From: an uncultured delta proteobacterium
GTDB lineage: Bacteria; Myxococcota_A; Polyangia; Palsa-1104
Length of the DNA: 64,000 bases
Direction of reading: 5' to 3'
Assembly (NCBI GenBank): GCA_963785725.1
Contig: CAWAWS010000015.1
Span: 288,001 to 352,000, forward strand
Shown: piece by piece, positions 20,370 through 29,599 of the stretch
Layout: each line of letters starts with the position of its first letter
Position numbering within the stretch: the first letter of the stretch is position 1
Program-made: the position numbers and the translations under genes
Notes under the pieces: generated by a model
What the model was told of the DNA's origin: nothing
The model's database searches: none
The model's input: the letters and a program-made list of their open reading frames with translations, nothing else

Positions 20370-21149
20370 CTAGCGATTCGTCGCGGGCGGCTCGAGCTCG
20401 CGGACGCGCTTGCGCAGCTGTCCGAGCCGCAACGCCGTCAACACCAAGCCCACCGCGAGCAGGAAGATGACGAGCAGCCCCGACGTCGCCAGCGTCGCCG
20501 CCATCGTCTTCGAGTCGCGCGCCACGCGCAGCGGGCCGACGCGCTCGAGGAGCGGCTCCGTCGGATCGGCCGCGCCGCCCGTGCGCACGACGCTGACGTC
20601 GGCCGCTTGCATGCCGGGCACGGCGCCGGCCACGATCTTCTGCACGTCGCCGTCGGCCAACGACAACGCGCCCGCGGCTTTGAGCAGCACCGACGCCGTC
20701 GGTCGCGCATGCTCGGCCGCGCCCACGAGCGGCTCCTCGGCCGGCAACGCCAGATGCACGCGCGCGCCGACGACGCCGGGCACGCCTTCCAGCGTCCGCT
20801 CGAGCTCGGCCGCCAGCGCCGCGCCCAAACGCGCGCGATCTTCGGTCGCCGACGGCAACAGCGACGACGCGGCGAACGTATCGGCCAAGCCATGCTGCTC
20901 GCGCCGCGGCAGATCGCGCGCGTCCAAGAGGGCGAACGCGCGGCCCGCTTCCCCGCGCGCGACGACGATCTTGTAGGCGTCGTTCGCGCCCTCTTCGGCC
21001 ACTTTGTCGGCGGCGACCCCGGCCGCTTCCAGCACCGCGGCGACGCGATTGGCCTGCCGCTCATCGAGGCCGTGCTCGAGCTCGACGCTGCAACCGGTCG
21101 TCCACACGGCGAGCGCGCTCAGAATTGATGCGTAACGCGCTGCTTTCAT
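20370..21149 (-). CDS. sctJ: Type III secretion inner-membrane ring lipoprotein, SctJ/YscJ family
   Basis: Lipobox TTG-C, LEHGLDERQAN, ELERTLEGVPGVVGARVHLALP, PTASVLL, VAGAVPGM, C-terminal TM. Confidence 0.85.
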   Translation of the reverse strand: MKAARYASILSALAVWTTGCSVELEHGLDERQANRVAAVLEAAGVAADKVAEEGANDAYKIVVARGEAGRAFALLDARDLPRREQHGLADTFAASSLLPSATEDRARLGAALAAELERTLEGVPGVVGARVHLALPAEEPLVGAAEHARPTASVLLKAAGALSLADGDVQKIVAGAVPGMQAADVSVVRTGGAADPTEPLLERVGPLRVARDSKTMAATLATSGLLVIFLLAVGLVLTALRLGQLRKRVRELEPPATNR

Positions 21150-21217
21150 GTACATCGATAATATTCTCAGTGGCGCCGATTCGCTGCTGTTATCGTCCGC
21201 TATATAAGGAGTTTCAT

Positions 21218-21580
21218 ATGCGCGTTCTGCGGTGGATCTTGTTCGTGACGCTCGTCGGTGGCGGTGTGGCGCGGGCGGACTTCAAGAACCTGCAGGTGCT
21301 GCCGAAGACGATCTCGAAAGACGATCTCAAGGCGCTCATGAAGGCGCAGACGAAGGCGCTCGGCGTCGAGTGCGATTTCTGCCACGACACGCCCGACATG
21401 GCCTCGGACAAGAACGAAGCCAAAGGGGTCGCGCGCAAGATGATGCAGATGACGCAGCTGATCAACGACAAGTGGATCAAAGGCGTCGTCGACCATCCCG
21501 AGAAGCACCTGATCACCTGCGGCACCTGCCACCAGGGCCACAACTCGCCGCCGGCCGGTCCCGAGGTCACGAAGAAGTAA
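21218..21580 (+). CDS. Small periplasmic dihaem c-type cytochrome (reaction-centre cytochrome c-like family)
   Basis: AAGGAG RBS; signal peptide; KNLQVL, ALGVECDFCH, ARKMMQM, ITCGTCHQG. Confidence 0.85.
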   Translation: MRVLRWILFVTLVGGGVARADFKNLQVLPKTISKDDLKALMKAQTKALGVECDFCHDTPDMASDKNEAKGVARKMMQMTQLINDKWIKGVVDHPEKHLITCGTCHQGHNSPPAGPEVTKK

Positions 21581-21599
21581 ACGCGCGTTTACTTCTCGG

Positions 21600-22355
21600 T
21601 CAGCGGCGCGCGCGCGGCTTGGCGATGACGCGCGCGCCTTCCGGGCTGACCGCCGTTTGCCGCAGATTCTGCTTGAGGAGATCGATGGCGCGGGCGTGCA
21701 GCCGCGACGACCACGACTTCGACAGCCCCATCATTTTGCCCACTTCTTCCAGCGGCCGATCTTCGAAGTAGTAGAGCTGCAGGAGCTTGCGCTCTTTTTC
21801 CGGCAGCTTCGCCAGCGCCTGCTCGACGGCGTAGTCGCGCTCTTTGTGCTCCATCGCCAGCTGCGGCGCGGCGGCGGTGCCGATGGCGACGTCGCCCGAG
21901 TCGGCGTGCGGATCGATCGACGTGACGAAGATGGCCGCGACGCCGCCGAGCGCTTCGGCCAAGTGGCGCATCTCGTCCTCGAGGTTGACGGCGCCGTTGG
22001 CAGGCGGCTCGCTCGCCGCCGCGCCCGCTTCGCGCTCGGCCAGGTTCGCCAAGTAGGTCGCGGCGCGCTCCTCGAAGCGCAGGCGCTGATATTCGTGCCG
22101 CGGCAGCCAGCCCATCGCGCGCAGCCCGTCGAACATGGCGCCGCGCACGCGATAGTAGGCGAAGGTCTGAAAGCCGACGCCGTGCTTGCGATCGTAGCGC
22201 TCGGCCGCCTCGAGCAGGCCCTGCATGCCGTAGTTGTAGAGATCGTCGAACTCGATCTCGCGCGGCAGCTGCTCTTTGATTTTGCCCGCGATCGAGCGCA
22301 CGAACGGCACGTTGCCATCGACCAGCTGCTGCCGCTCCTTCGCCGACAGGCGCAT
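21600..22355 (-). CDS. fliA: FliA/WhiG-family sigma factor
   Basis: FDDLYNYGMQGLLEAAERYD, FAYYRVRGAMFDGLR, region-4 LPEKERKLLQLYYFED...SRLHARA. Start 22355 or 22364. Confidence 0.82.
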   Translation of the reverse strand: MRLSAKERQQLVDGNVPFVRSIAGKIKEQLPREIEFDDLYNYGMQGLLEAAERYDRKHGVGFQTFAYYRVRGAMFDGLRAMGWLPRHEYQRLRFEERAATYLANLAEREAGAAASEPPANGAVNLEDEMRHLAEALGGVAAIFVTSIDPHADSGDVAIGTAAAPQLAMEHKERDYAVEQALAKLPEKERKLLQLYYFEDRPLEEVGKMMGLSKSWSSRLHARAIDLLKQNLRQTAVSPEGARVIAKPRARR

Positions 22356-22393
22356 CCGCGACATCTTACCGATGCATGCTAGGCTTTACCAAC

Positions 22394-22774
22394 ATGGCCA
22401 AGGACTACAAATGTCCGGCGTGCGACAACGCCGTCGATCGCAACGCCACGGTCTGCTCAAACCCCGTGTGCCGCGCGGAGCTCGCCTTCTGCTCGCACTG
22501 CCGCGACGTCACGACCTACACGCTCGCGGAGAAGGGCGAAGGCCGCATGCACCGCGACAAGTTCAAGTGCGCGCGCTGCGAGCGGTTGGGCGTCAAATGC
22601 ATCAACTGGCTGGCCGGCGGCTACTGCAACGGCTTGGCCCGCGCCGACGCTGACTCCAAGCTCGGCAAGCCGTTGTGCTCGGCCTGCAACGACAAGTTCG
22701 GCGAAGTGGGGCGGTCGGTCATCAGCTGGTCCCTCATCGGGATGTTCGGCCGCGTTCTCAAACCCAAGGGTTAG
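22394..22774 (+). CDS. Cys-rich putative multi-zinc-ribbon protein
   Basis: 12 Cys in 126 aa (CPAC, CSNPVC, CSHC, CARC, C-x7-C, CSAC). Confidence 0.7.
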   Translation: MAKDYKCPACDNAVDRNATVCSNPVCRAELAFCSHCRDVTTYTLAEKGEGRMHRDKFKCARCERLGVKCINWLAGGYCNGLARADADSKLGKPLCSACNDKFGEVGRSVISWSLIGMFGRVLKPKG

Positions 22775-22782
22775 GCCTCCGA

Positions 22783-23721
22783 ATGGCGCTCCGCACTCGG
22801 CTGTCCGAAGACGAAGCCGCCGATCTCTTGGCCGACTACGGTCACGAGCTGGAGGCGCTGACGCCGCTGCCGGCGCACGGCACGGTGAATTCCAACTTTC
22901 GCGTGCGCGCGTCCGGTCGCGACTGGTTCTTGCGGCTGAACGAAGGCAAGACCGACGCCGACGTGCACAACGAGGTCGCGCTCATCGACCGGCTGCGCGC
23001 CGCCGATGTGCCGACGCCGTTTGTCGTGCGCACGCCCGATGGTCGCGCCGTCTTGCGCGCGGCCGAGCGGCCGGTGACGCTGTTTCCGTGGCTGCACGCG
23101 CGCGAGGCGTCGCCGAAGCCGCTCGACCCGACGACGGTGCGCATCGCCGGCCAGGCGCTCGGGCGGCTGCACCGCGCCGGCTGGGGCATGAAGGCCGAGT
23201 CGCTGCCGCGCAACCACTACAGCCTCGACGAGCTGGAGCGGCGCGTCGAGTCGTTCGCCGACGATCTGCGCGTCGCCGACTTCGTCACGCCGCTGCGCCA
23301 CGAGCTGTCGCTGGCGCGGCGACGGCAGCCGTCGGTGAGCGGGCTCATCCATCAAGATCTCTTCCCCGACAACGTGCTCGTCGATGATGTGGGCGCGCTC
23401 GTGGCCGTGCTCGACTTCGAGCAGGCGACGTTCGGGACGCTCGTCTATGACGTCGCGGTCGCGCTCAACGCCTGGTGTTGGACGGGCACGACCATCCATC
23501 GTCCGGCGGCGGATGCGCTCTTGGCCGCCTACGAGTCGTTGCGGCCGCTCGAAGGGCGCGAGCGCAATCGGCTCATCGAAGAGGCGCGGCTGGCAGCGGC
23601 GCGCTTTGCCATCACGCGCATCACCGACGTGTTTCTGCCGGCAAACGTCGATCCCGACCTGCGGAAACGCAAGGATTTCCGCGATTACATACGTCGCCTC
23701 GAATATTGGTGCCACGCGTAA
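22783..23721 (+). CDS. thrB: Homoserine kinase type II (APH-like phosphotransferase)
   Basis: GTVNSNF, GLIHQDLFPDNVL, LDFE, C-terminal RKDFRDY. Confidence 0.78.
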   Translation: MALRTRLSEDEAADLLADYGHELEALTPLPAHGTVNSNFRVRASGRDWFLRLNEGKTDADVHNEVALIDRLRAADVPTPFVVRTPDGRAVLRAAERPVTLFPWLHAREASPKPLDPTTVRIAGQALGRLHRAGWGMKAESLPRNHYSLDELERRVESFADDLRVADFVTPLRHELSLARRRQPSVSGLIHQDLFPDNVLVDDVGALVAVLDFEQATFGTLVYDVAVALNAWCWTGTTIHRPAADALLAAYESLRPLEGRERNRLIEEARLAAARFAITRITDVFLPANVDPDLRKRKDFRDYIRRLEYWCHA

Positions 23722-23839
23722 ACGATACGGGCTCGCGCATTTACGCGGATTCGGCAGTTTGTTGCGCGCCGGTGCTCGCGTCTGCGCGGTTGACGCGATA
23801 AGGCATAGATTCTGCCCGTTTCAATGATAGATTCGCCGC

Positions 23840-25159
23840 GTGGCCACCGAAGAAGACCGTCTGGCCGACGAGCTGGCGTCGCTGAGGCTCGATCGCAGCA
23901 CAACGCGTCGCGCCCCGGTGCGCATGCGCGCCGTCGCAGACACTCCCATCAGCAGCAACAACAACGATCGCGCGAGCCGAGTCGATAGTCGGCGGCGCGG
24001 CTTTCCCACCGGGATATTGGTGGTCTTGGCGCTCGTCGCGCTCGGCGTAGGCGGCTTTTTCGTCTATCGCGAAGGCTCGGGGCGCTTCTTGGCCACCGAC
24101 GTCGACGTGGGCGCGGTGACGCTGATGTCGCCCGCGCAGTCGGACGTGACGCTGGTGGCGACGGGCTACGTCTTCGCGCGCAAGAAGGCGACGGTGGCGC
24201 CGAAGACGACCGGCCGGCTCGCCAAGCTCTACGTCGACGAGGGCTCGGTCGTCAAAGAGGGGCAGCTCATCGCCGAGCTGGAGTCGGCCGATGCGCAGGC
24301 GGCGCTGGCGCAGACGCGCGCCGACATCGCCGCCGCGCGCGCCAAGGTGACGCGCGCCGGCTCCGACGTCACCGACACCACGACGCGCTCCAAGCGCGCC
24401 GACGATCTCAGCCAAAAGCAGGCCGGAACGCGCGCCGACGCCGATGACGCGCGCGCGCGGCTCGACGCGGCCAAGACGACGCTGGCCTCGGCGCAAGCGG
24501 ACGTCAAAGCGGTGGAGGCGCGCCAGGATTCGATGAACGTGGCGCTCGAGAACACCAAAGTCCGCGCGCCGTTCGCGGGCACGGTCATTCGCAAGCTGAC
24601 CGAGATCGGCGAGTTCATTCCGCCGCAGTCGCCGGGCGTCGTGCAGCTGGCGTCGCTCGACGACTTGGAAGTGCAAGCGGACGTCGCCGAAGCGCAGTTT
24701 CACAAGGTGAAGATGGGGACGCCGGCCGAGATCATCCTCGACGCCTTCCCCGACAAGCGCTTTCGCGGCCGCGTGACCGACTTGCGGCCGATGGTCGATC
24801 GCTCGAAGGCGTCGGTGACCGTCAAGGTCCGCTTCGTCGACCCGTCGGACGGCGTGCTGCCGGACATGGCGGCCAAGGTCAGCTTCCTGTCGAAGGCGCT
24901 CGACGACGCGGCGCTCAAGGCCGCGCCCAAGCTCATCGTGCCGTCGGACGCCGTCGTCGAGCGCAACGGGCAGCACGTCGTCTTCACCGTCGAGGAAGAG
25001 CACGCCCACGCGCTGCCGGTCACGATCAAAGGGCCCTTCGGCGCGCCCGGATCGGGCGAGCTCGAATTGAGCGACGGCCCGGCGACGGGCACGCGCGTCA
25101 TCCGCCATCCCGACGAGCAGATCCGCGAAGGCGTGAGCGTCAAGGAGAAGAAGAAGTGA
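23840..25159 (+). CDS. Periplasmic adaptor (MacA/HlyD family)
   Basis: TM anchor, lipoyl halves (LYVDEGSVVKEGQLIAEL; VRAPFAGTV), coiled hairpin. Confidence 0.9.
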   Translation: MATEEDRLADELASLRLDRSTTRRAPVRMRAVADTPISSNNNDRASRVDSRRRGFPTGILVVLALVALGVGGFFVYREGSGRFLATDVDVGAVTLMSPAQSDVTLVATGYVFARKKATVAPKTTGRLAKLYVDEGSVVKEGQLIAELESADAQAALAQTRADIAAARAKVTRAGSDVTDTTTRSKRADDLSQKQAGTRADADDARARLDAAKTTLASAQADVKAVEARQDSMNVALENTKVRAPFAGTVIRKLTEIGEFIPPQSPGVVQLASLDDLEVQADVAEAQFHKVKMGTPAEIILDAFPDKRFRGRVTDLRPMVDRSKASVTVKVRFVDPSDGVLPDMAAKVSFLSKALDDAALKAAPKLIVPSDAVVERNGQHVVFTVEEEHAHALPVTIKGPFGAPGSGELELSDGPATGTRVIRHPDEQIREGVSVKEKKK

Positions 25160-25233
25160 GCGAGCGCGAGCGAGCGAGCGTGCCAGCCGATCGATTGGGC
25201 CGCTCACGGGGCGCCGAAGAGGTGGCCCGGTGA
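25156..25233 (+). other. Junction mini-ORF element A ([25 protein letters not shown])
   Basis: Its GTG overlaps the adaptor stop and its TGA overlaps the ATPase GTG; similar to the elements at 36794 and 44138. Confidence 0.65.
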
Positions 25234-25949
25234 GCGAGGCTGAAGCGGTCAAAGAGCCGATCATTCGGCTGCGCGGCGTGCGCAAAGTCTACATGCGCGA
25301 TCAGCAGTCGATTCCGGTCTTGCAAGGCATCGATCTCGACATTCCCGACGGCAGCTTCGAGGCGCTCATGGGTCCGTCGGGCTCGGGTAAGACGACGCTG
25401 CTCAACCTCATCGCCGGCATCGACAACGCCTCGGCGGGCTCGGTGGAGGTGGCCGGCACCGACTTGACGCGGCTGTCGGAGGGCGATCTGTCGTCCTGGC
25501 GCGCGAGCAATATCGGTTTTATTTTCCAGTTTTATAATCTGTTACCGGTATTCACCGCGTTCCAGAACGTCGAGCTGCCGCTGCTGTTGACGAACCTCAA
25601 CAAGGCCGAGCGCAAGAAGCGGGTGGAGACGGCGTTGCGCGTCGTCGGGCTCGAAGATCGCATGGACCACTATCCGCGTCAGCTGTCGGGCGGGCAGGAG
25701 CAGCGCGTGGCCATCGCCCGCGCCATCGTCACCGATCCGACGATCCTCGTCGCTGACGAGCCGACGGGTGATCTCGATCGCAAGAGCGCCGAGGAGATCT
25801 TGAAGCTGCTCGATCTCCTGCATCGTAAGTTCAATAAGACGATCGTCATGGTGACGCACGACCCGGCGGCGGCGCAGGCGGCGGGCGTCATTCGCCGGCT
25901 CGACAAAGGGCAGCTGCTCGCCGACTCGTCGCAAGGCCCGCATCGCTAG
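25230..25949 (+). CDS. ABC transporter ATP-binding protein (MacB/LolD family)
   Basis: [36 protein letters not shown]. Confidence 0.93.
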   Translation: MSEAEAVKEPIIRLRGVRKVYMRDQQSIPVLQGIDLDIPDGSFEALMGPSGSGKTTLLNLIAGIDNASAGSVEVAGTDLTRLSEGDLSSWRASNIGFIFQFYNLLPVFTAFQNVELPLLLTNLNKAERKKRVETALRVVGLEDRMDHYPRQLSGGQEQRVAIARAIVTDPTILVADEPTGDLDRKSAEEILKLLDLLHRKFNKTIVMVTHDPAAAQAAGVIRRLDKGQLLADSSQGPHR

Positions 25950-25952
25950 CAC

Positions 25953-27116
25953 ATGAGTTATTTCTTACTGATATTCAAAAGCGCGTTTCGTAATCGGTTA
26001 CGGACGCTTTTGACGTCGGTGGGCGTGGCCATCGCCATCGTCGCGTTCCTGTTCCTGCGCACCTTCATCGGCGCTTGGTACAACGGGCTCGAGGGCGCGC
26101 AGTCGGACCGCGTCATCGTGCGCAACAAGATCTCGATCACCTTCCCGATGCCGCTCAGCTACGTCGACAAAGTGCGCAACATCGTCGGCGACAAGGGCGT
26201 CGTCTCCTACGAAAACTGGTTCGGCGCCACCTACGCCAAGGACGAGCACGGCTTCTTCGCCAACCTCGCCTGCGACGACGACATCTTCAAGATGTACCCC
26301 GAGCTCGAGGTCTCGCCCGAAGCGTGGAAGGCGTACGTCGAGGATCGCCAGGGCGCCATGATCGGTCCGCACTTGGCCGAGAAATACGGCTGGAAAGTCG
26401 GCGATCGGGTGACGCTGACGGGCACGATCTTCCCCGGCAATTGGGACTTCAACGTGCGCGCCATCTACGACTCCTCGGCGCGCAGCATCGACAAGTCGAC
26501 GCTCTATTTCCACTGGAAATACATGAACGAGAAGCTCGACGACAGCCGCAAGGACAACGTCGGCCTCATCTTCGTCAAGGTCAACGACCCGGGCCAGTCG
26601 AGCGCGCTGCAAGTGGCCATCGATCGCAACTTCGCCAACTCGCTGGCCGAGACGCGCACCGAGAGCGAGAAGGCGTTTCAGCTCGAGTTCCTGTCGATGG
26701 CGTCGGCGCTCGTGGGCGCGATTCAGATCATCTCCGGCGTCGTGCTCGTCATCCTGATGCTCATCTTGGCCAACACGCTGGCCATGGCGACGCGCGAAAG
26801 AACGACGGAATACGCGGTCATGCGCGCCATCGGCTTTCACCCGCGGCACATCGTCGGCATGGTCCTCGGCGAAGGATTCATCATCGCGCTCGTCGGTGTG
26901 CTCATCGGCGTGACCTTGGCGGCGCCGGTCATCAAGTTCTCGGGGCAGATGCTGGAGAAGCAGATGGGCGGGCTCATGAGCGGCTTCGACCTGCGCTTGG
27001 AGCCGGTGCTGCTCTCGGTCGGCGTGGCGCTGGTGCTCGGCATGATGGCGGCGGCGCTGCCGGCGTGGCGCGCGGGCAAGCTCAAGATCGTCGACGCCTT
27101 GCGACGGGTCGAATAA
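25953..27116 (+). CDS. ABC transporter permease (MacB/FtsX family)
   Basis: RNRLRTLLT, periplasmic domain, ERTTEYAVMRAIGF, 4 TM. Confidence 0.9.
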   Translation: MSYFLLIFKSAFRNRLRTLLTSVGVAIAIVAFLFLRTFIGAWYNGLEGAQSDRVIVRNKISITFPMPLSYVDKVRNIVGDKGVVSYENWFGATYAKDEHGFFANLACDDDIFKMYPELEVSPEAWKAYVEDRQGAMIGPHLAEKYGWKVGDRVTLTGTIFPGNWDFNVRAIYDSSARSIDKSTLYFHWKYMNEKLDDSRKDNVGLIFVKVNDPGQSSALQVAIDRNFANSLAETRTESEKAFQLEFLSMASALVGAIQIISGVVLVILMLILANTLAMATRERTTEYAVMRAIGFHPRHIVGMVLGEGFIIALVGVLIGVTLAAPVIKFSGQMLEKQMGGLMSGFDLRLEPVLLSVGVALVLGMMAAALPAWRAGKLKIVDALRRVE

Positions 27117-27118
27117 CG

Positions 27119-28432
27119 ATGGCGCTCATCCTCAAGCTGGCGACGATGATCGTGGGCGCGCTCATCGGCGGCACGGTCATCAGCCTCATCCTCGGGCTCA
27201 TCGGCTCGCTGGTGGTGACGACGGTGCTCGGCCTCTCGCTGCTCGGCCGGCGCGATTGGGTGCCGCTCGTGTACAACGTGCGCTCGCTCGGCGTGCGCCG
27301 CTGGACGACCGGCGTGACGGCGTTCGGCCTGGCGCTGGTCGTGTTCGTGTTCACGACGGTGCTGATGCTGGCGTCGGGCGTGCGCGAGACGTTGAAGGCG
27401 ACCGGCCAGCCCAACAACGCCAAGATCATCCGCAAAGGCTCGCAGAACGAGCTGCAGTCGGGCCTCTTGCCCGAGCATTTACGGCTGTTGTCGGCGTCGC
27501 CGGAAGTGGCGCCGGGCCTCGACGGCAAGCCGCTGGTGTCGCCCGAGCTCGTCGTGCTCATCTTCGCGGTCAAGGCGCACGGCGCCGGCGAAGAGGACGG
27601 CACCAACGTCAACGTGCGCGGCGTCGGTCCGGGCGCGCTCGAGCTGCACCCGCCGAAACATTTGGAGGGGCGTATGTTTCGCCCCGGCACGTCGGAGATC
27701 GTCATCGGCAAGGGGCTGCAAGGGCGCTTTCGCGGCATGCAGCTGGGCGAGACGACGCGTTTTGCGCGCCGCGACTGGACCGTCGTCGGCGTCATGGACT
27801 GCGGCGGCTCCGCCTACGACTCCGAAGTTTGGGGCGACGTCGACCAGTTCATGGACGCCTTCGCGCGCCGCCCGTCGGTGTCGTCGCTGACGATGCGGCT
27901 GCGCGATCCGAAGCTCCTGTCGGCGCTGCAGGCGCGGCTCGAGTCCGATCCCAACTTGTCGACGCTGGAAGCGAAGAGCGAGGTCGACTATTGGGCGGCG
28001 CAGTCCGAGCAGTTCTCGCTCTTCGTGCGCTTCTTGGGCGTGTTCGTGGCCGTCATGTTCTCGGTCGGCGCCGCGTTGGGCGCGATGATCACGATGTACG
28101 CGCAGGTCGCGGCGCGCACGCGCGAGATCGGCACCTTGCGCGCGCTCGGCTTTCGGCGGCGCGCCGTCCTGGTGTCGTTCGTGGCCGAGTCGGTGATCCT
28201 CGGGCTCATCGCCGGCGTCATCGGTGTGTCGTGCGCGTCGGGCATGCAGCTGGCGACGTTCACGACCATGAACTTCCAGACGTTCAGCGAGGTCTCGTTC
28301 CGCTTTCACATGTCGGGCGGCATCGTGGCGGCGGCGATCGGCTTCGCGTTCACGATGGGCTTCGCCGGCGGCTTCTTGCCCGCGCGGCGCGCCGCCATGT
28401 TGCCGATCGTCCGCGCCACCCGCGGCGGCTGA
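27119..28432 (+). CDS. ABC transporter permease (MacB/FtsX family), second subunit
   Basis: ATG 27119; YNVRSL...TTGVTAFG, RTREIGTLRALGF. Confidence 0.9.
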   Translation: MALILKLATMIVGALIGGTVISLILGLIGSLVVTTVLGLSLLGRRDWVPLVYNVRSLGVRRWTTGVTAFGLALVVFVFTTVLMLASGVRETLKATGQPNNAKIIRKGSQNELQSGLLPEHLRLLSASPEVAPGLDGKPLVSPELVVLIFAVKAHGAGEEDGTNVNVRGVGPGALELHPPKHLEGRMFRPGTSEIVIGKGLQGRFRGMQLGETTRFARRDWTVVGVMDCGGSAYDSEVWGDVDQFMDAFARRPSVSSLTMRLRDPKLLSALQARLESDPNLSTLEAKSEVDYWAAQSEQFSLFVRFLGVFVAVMFSVGAALGAMITMYAQVAARTREIGTLRALGFRRRAVLVSFVAESVILGLIAGVIGVSCASGMQLATFTTMNFQTFSEVSFRFHMSGGIVAAAIGFAFTMGFAGGFLPARRAAMLPIVRATRGG

Positions 28433-28434
28433 CG

Positions 28435-28810
28435 TCAGCGATCGCGACGGCAGAGCACGACGGCGGTGTCGTCGTGCAGCGCGCCCGAACGCAGCCGCAC
28501 GCGGATAGGTGACCGCCAGCTGGGTGGCGGACGTCCAGCGTCGGGGCGGCGCCGTGGTTGTCGTCGGCGATGAAGACGTTGCCGCCCTCCTTGGGCTGCT
28601 GCGCGGTGGGGATGACCGACAGCTGCGTCGAGAAGCCGGTGGTGGCGTCGCAGTCGCGCTCGAAGAGCACGGCGGTGCGGACGCCGTCGGGAGACGTCAA
28701 CGCCGTGATGAGCAGGTTGCCGCACGCGCCCGACGATCCGCTGCAGCCTGCCAGTGATCCGGTGATGCACCAGGCGAGACCGATGACAGCCAACGCGATT
28801 CTCAGGTCAT
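28435..28810 (-). CDS. Small putative lipoprotein, apparently frameshifted
   Basis: SLAG-C lipobox, then CGN...SPDG...AVLFERDCDATTGFSTQLS; continuation RWTSATQLAVTYP lies in another frame. Both ends uncertain. Confidence 0.5.
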
Positions 28811-28828
28811 CTCCCGGGCCGATTCCGA

Positions 28829-29599
28829 TTATTCGCGGGCGAGGGGGAAGAGCACGCGGGCGCCGGTGCGCGGGTGGACGCCGGTGGCGACGTCGACGTC
28901 GAAGGCGGCGCGGATGCGCGCTTCGGTGAGCACGTCGTCGACGCTGCCGACGATGGCGGGAGCGCCCGGCGACAAGAGCGCGACGCGCGTGCACCAGCTG
29001 GCCGCGAGGTTGAGATCGTGCACGACGACGGCGATGGCGGCGCCGGCGCGTCGACGGGCATCGAGCAGCCGGAACAGATCGAGCTGGTGGCGCAGATCGA
29101 GCGCCGCGGTGGGCTCGTCGAGCACGAGCACCGGCGTGTCCTGCGCCAGCGCCCGCGCCAAGAGCACGCGCTTGCGCTCGCCGCCCGACAGCTCGCCGAG
29201 CGGGCGGTCGGCGAGCGCGAGGACGCCCGTGTCGCGCATGGCGGCTTCGGCGGCGGCGACGTCGGCGGCGCGCTCGAAGCCGAGCACACCCAAGCGCGCG
29301 CGCCGGCCCATGAGCACGACCTCGAGCGCGCGAAACGGGAACTCGAGCGGCTCGTCCTGCAGCACCGCGGCGACGAGGCGGGCGCGCTCGCGCGGCGGCA
29401 GCGACGTCAGGTCGCGCTCGCCGACCAAGACGCGACCGGCTTGCGGCGCGACCAGCCCGAGCATGAGGCGCGCCAGCGTCGACTTGCCGGCGCCGTTGGG
29501 ACCGACGATGCCGACGAGCTCGCCGGCGTCCAGCGTCAGCGTCAGATCGCGTAACAGCGGCGCGCCGTAAGCGTACGAGACGTTGGCGCAGCGGATCAG
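28829..29599 (-). CDS. btuD: Corrinoid/iron-chelate ABC transporter ATPase (BtuD/FepC-like), probable CTG start
   Basis: In-frame extension of the track ORF restores Walker A GPNGAGKST; LSGGERKR, LDEPT, VVHDLN. Confidence 0.82.
   Translation of the reverse strand: MIRCANVSYAYGAPLLRDLTLTLDAGELVGIVGPNGAGKSTLARLMLGLVAPQAGRVLVGERDLTSLPPRERARLVAAVLQDEPLEFPFRALEVVLMGRRARLGVLGFERAADVAAAEAAMRDTGVLALADRPLGELSGGERKRVLLARALAQDTPVLVLDEPTAALDLRHQLDLFRLLDARRRAGAAIAVVVHDLNLAASWCTRVALLSPGAPAIVGSVDDVLTEARIRAAFDVDVATGVHPRTGARVLFPLARE

Noticed and set aside
21218..21580. Evidence of phototrophy from the reaction-centre-cytochrome-like protein
   Set aside because: It is a small dihaem form, and there are no puf or bch genes in the window.
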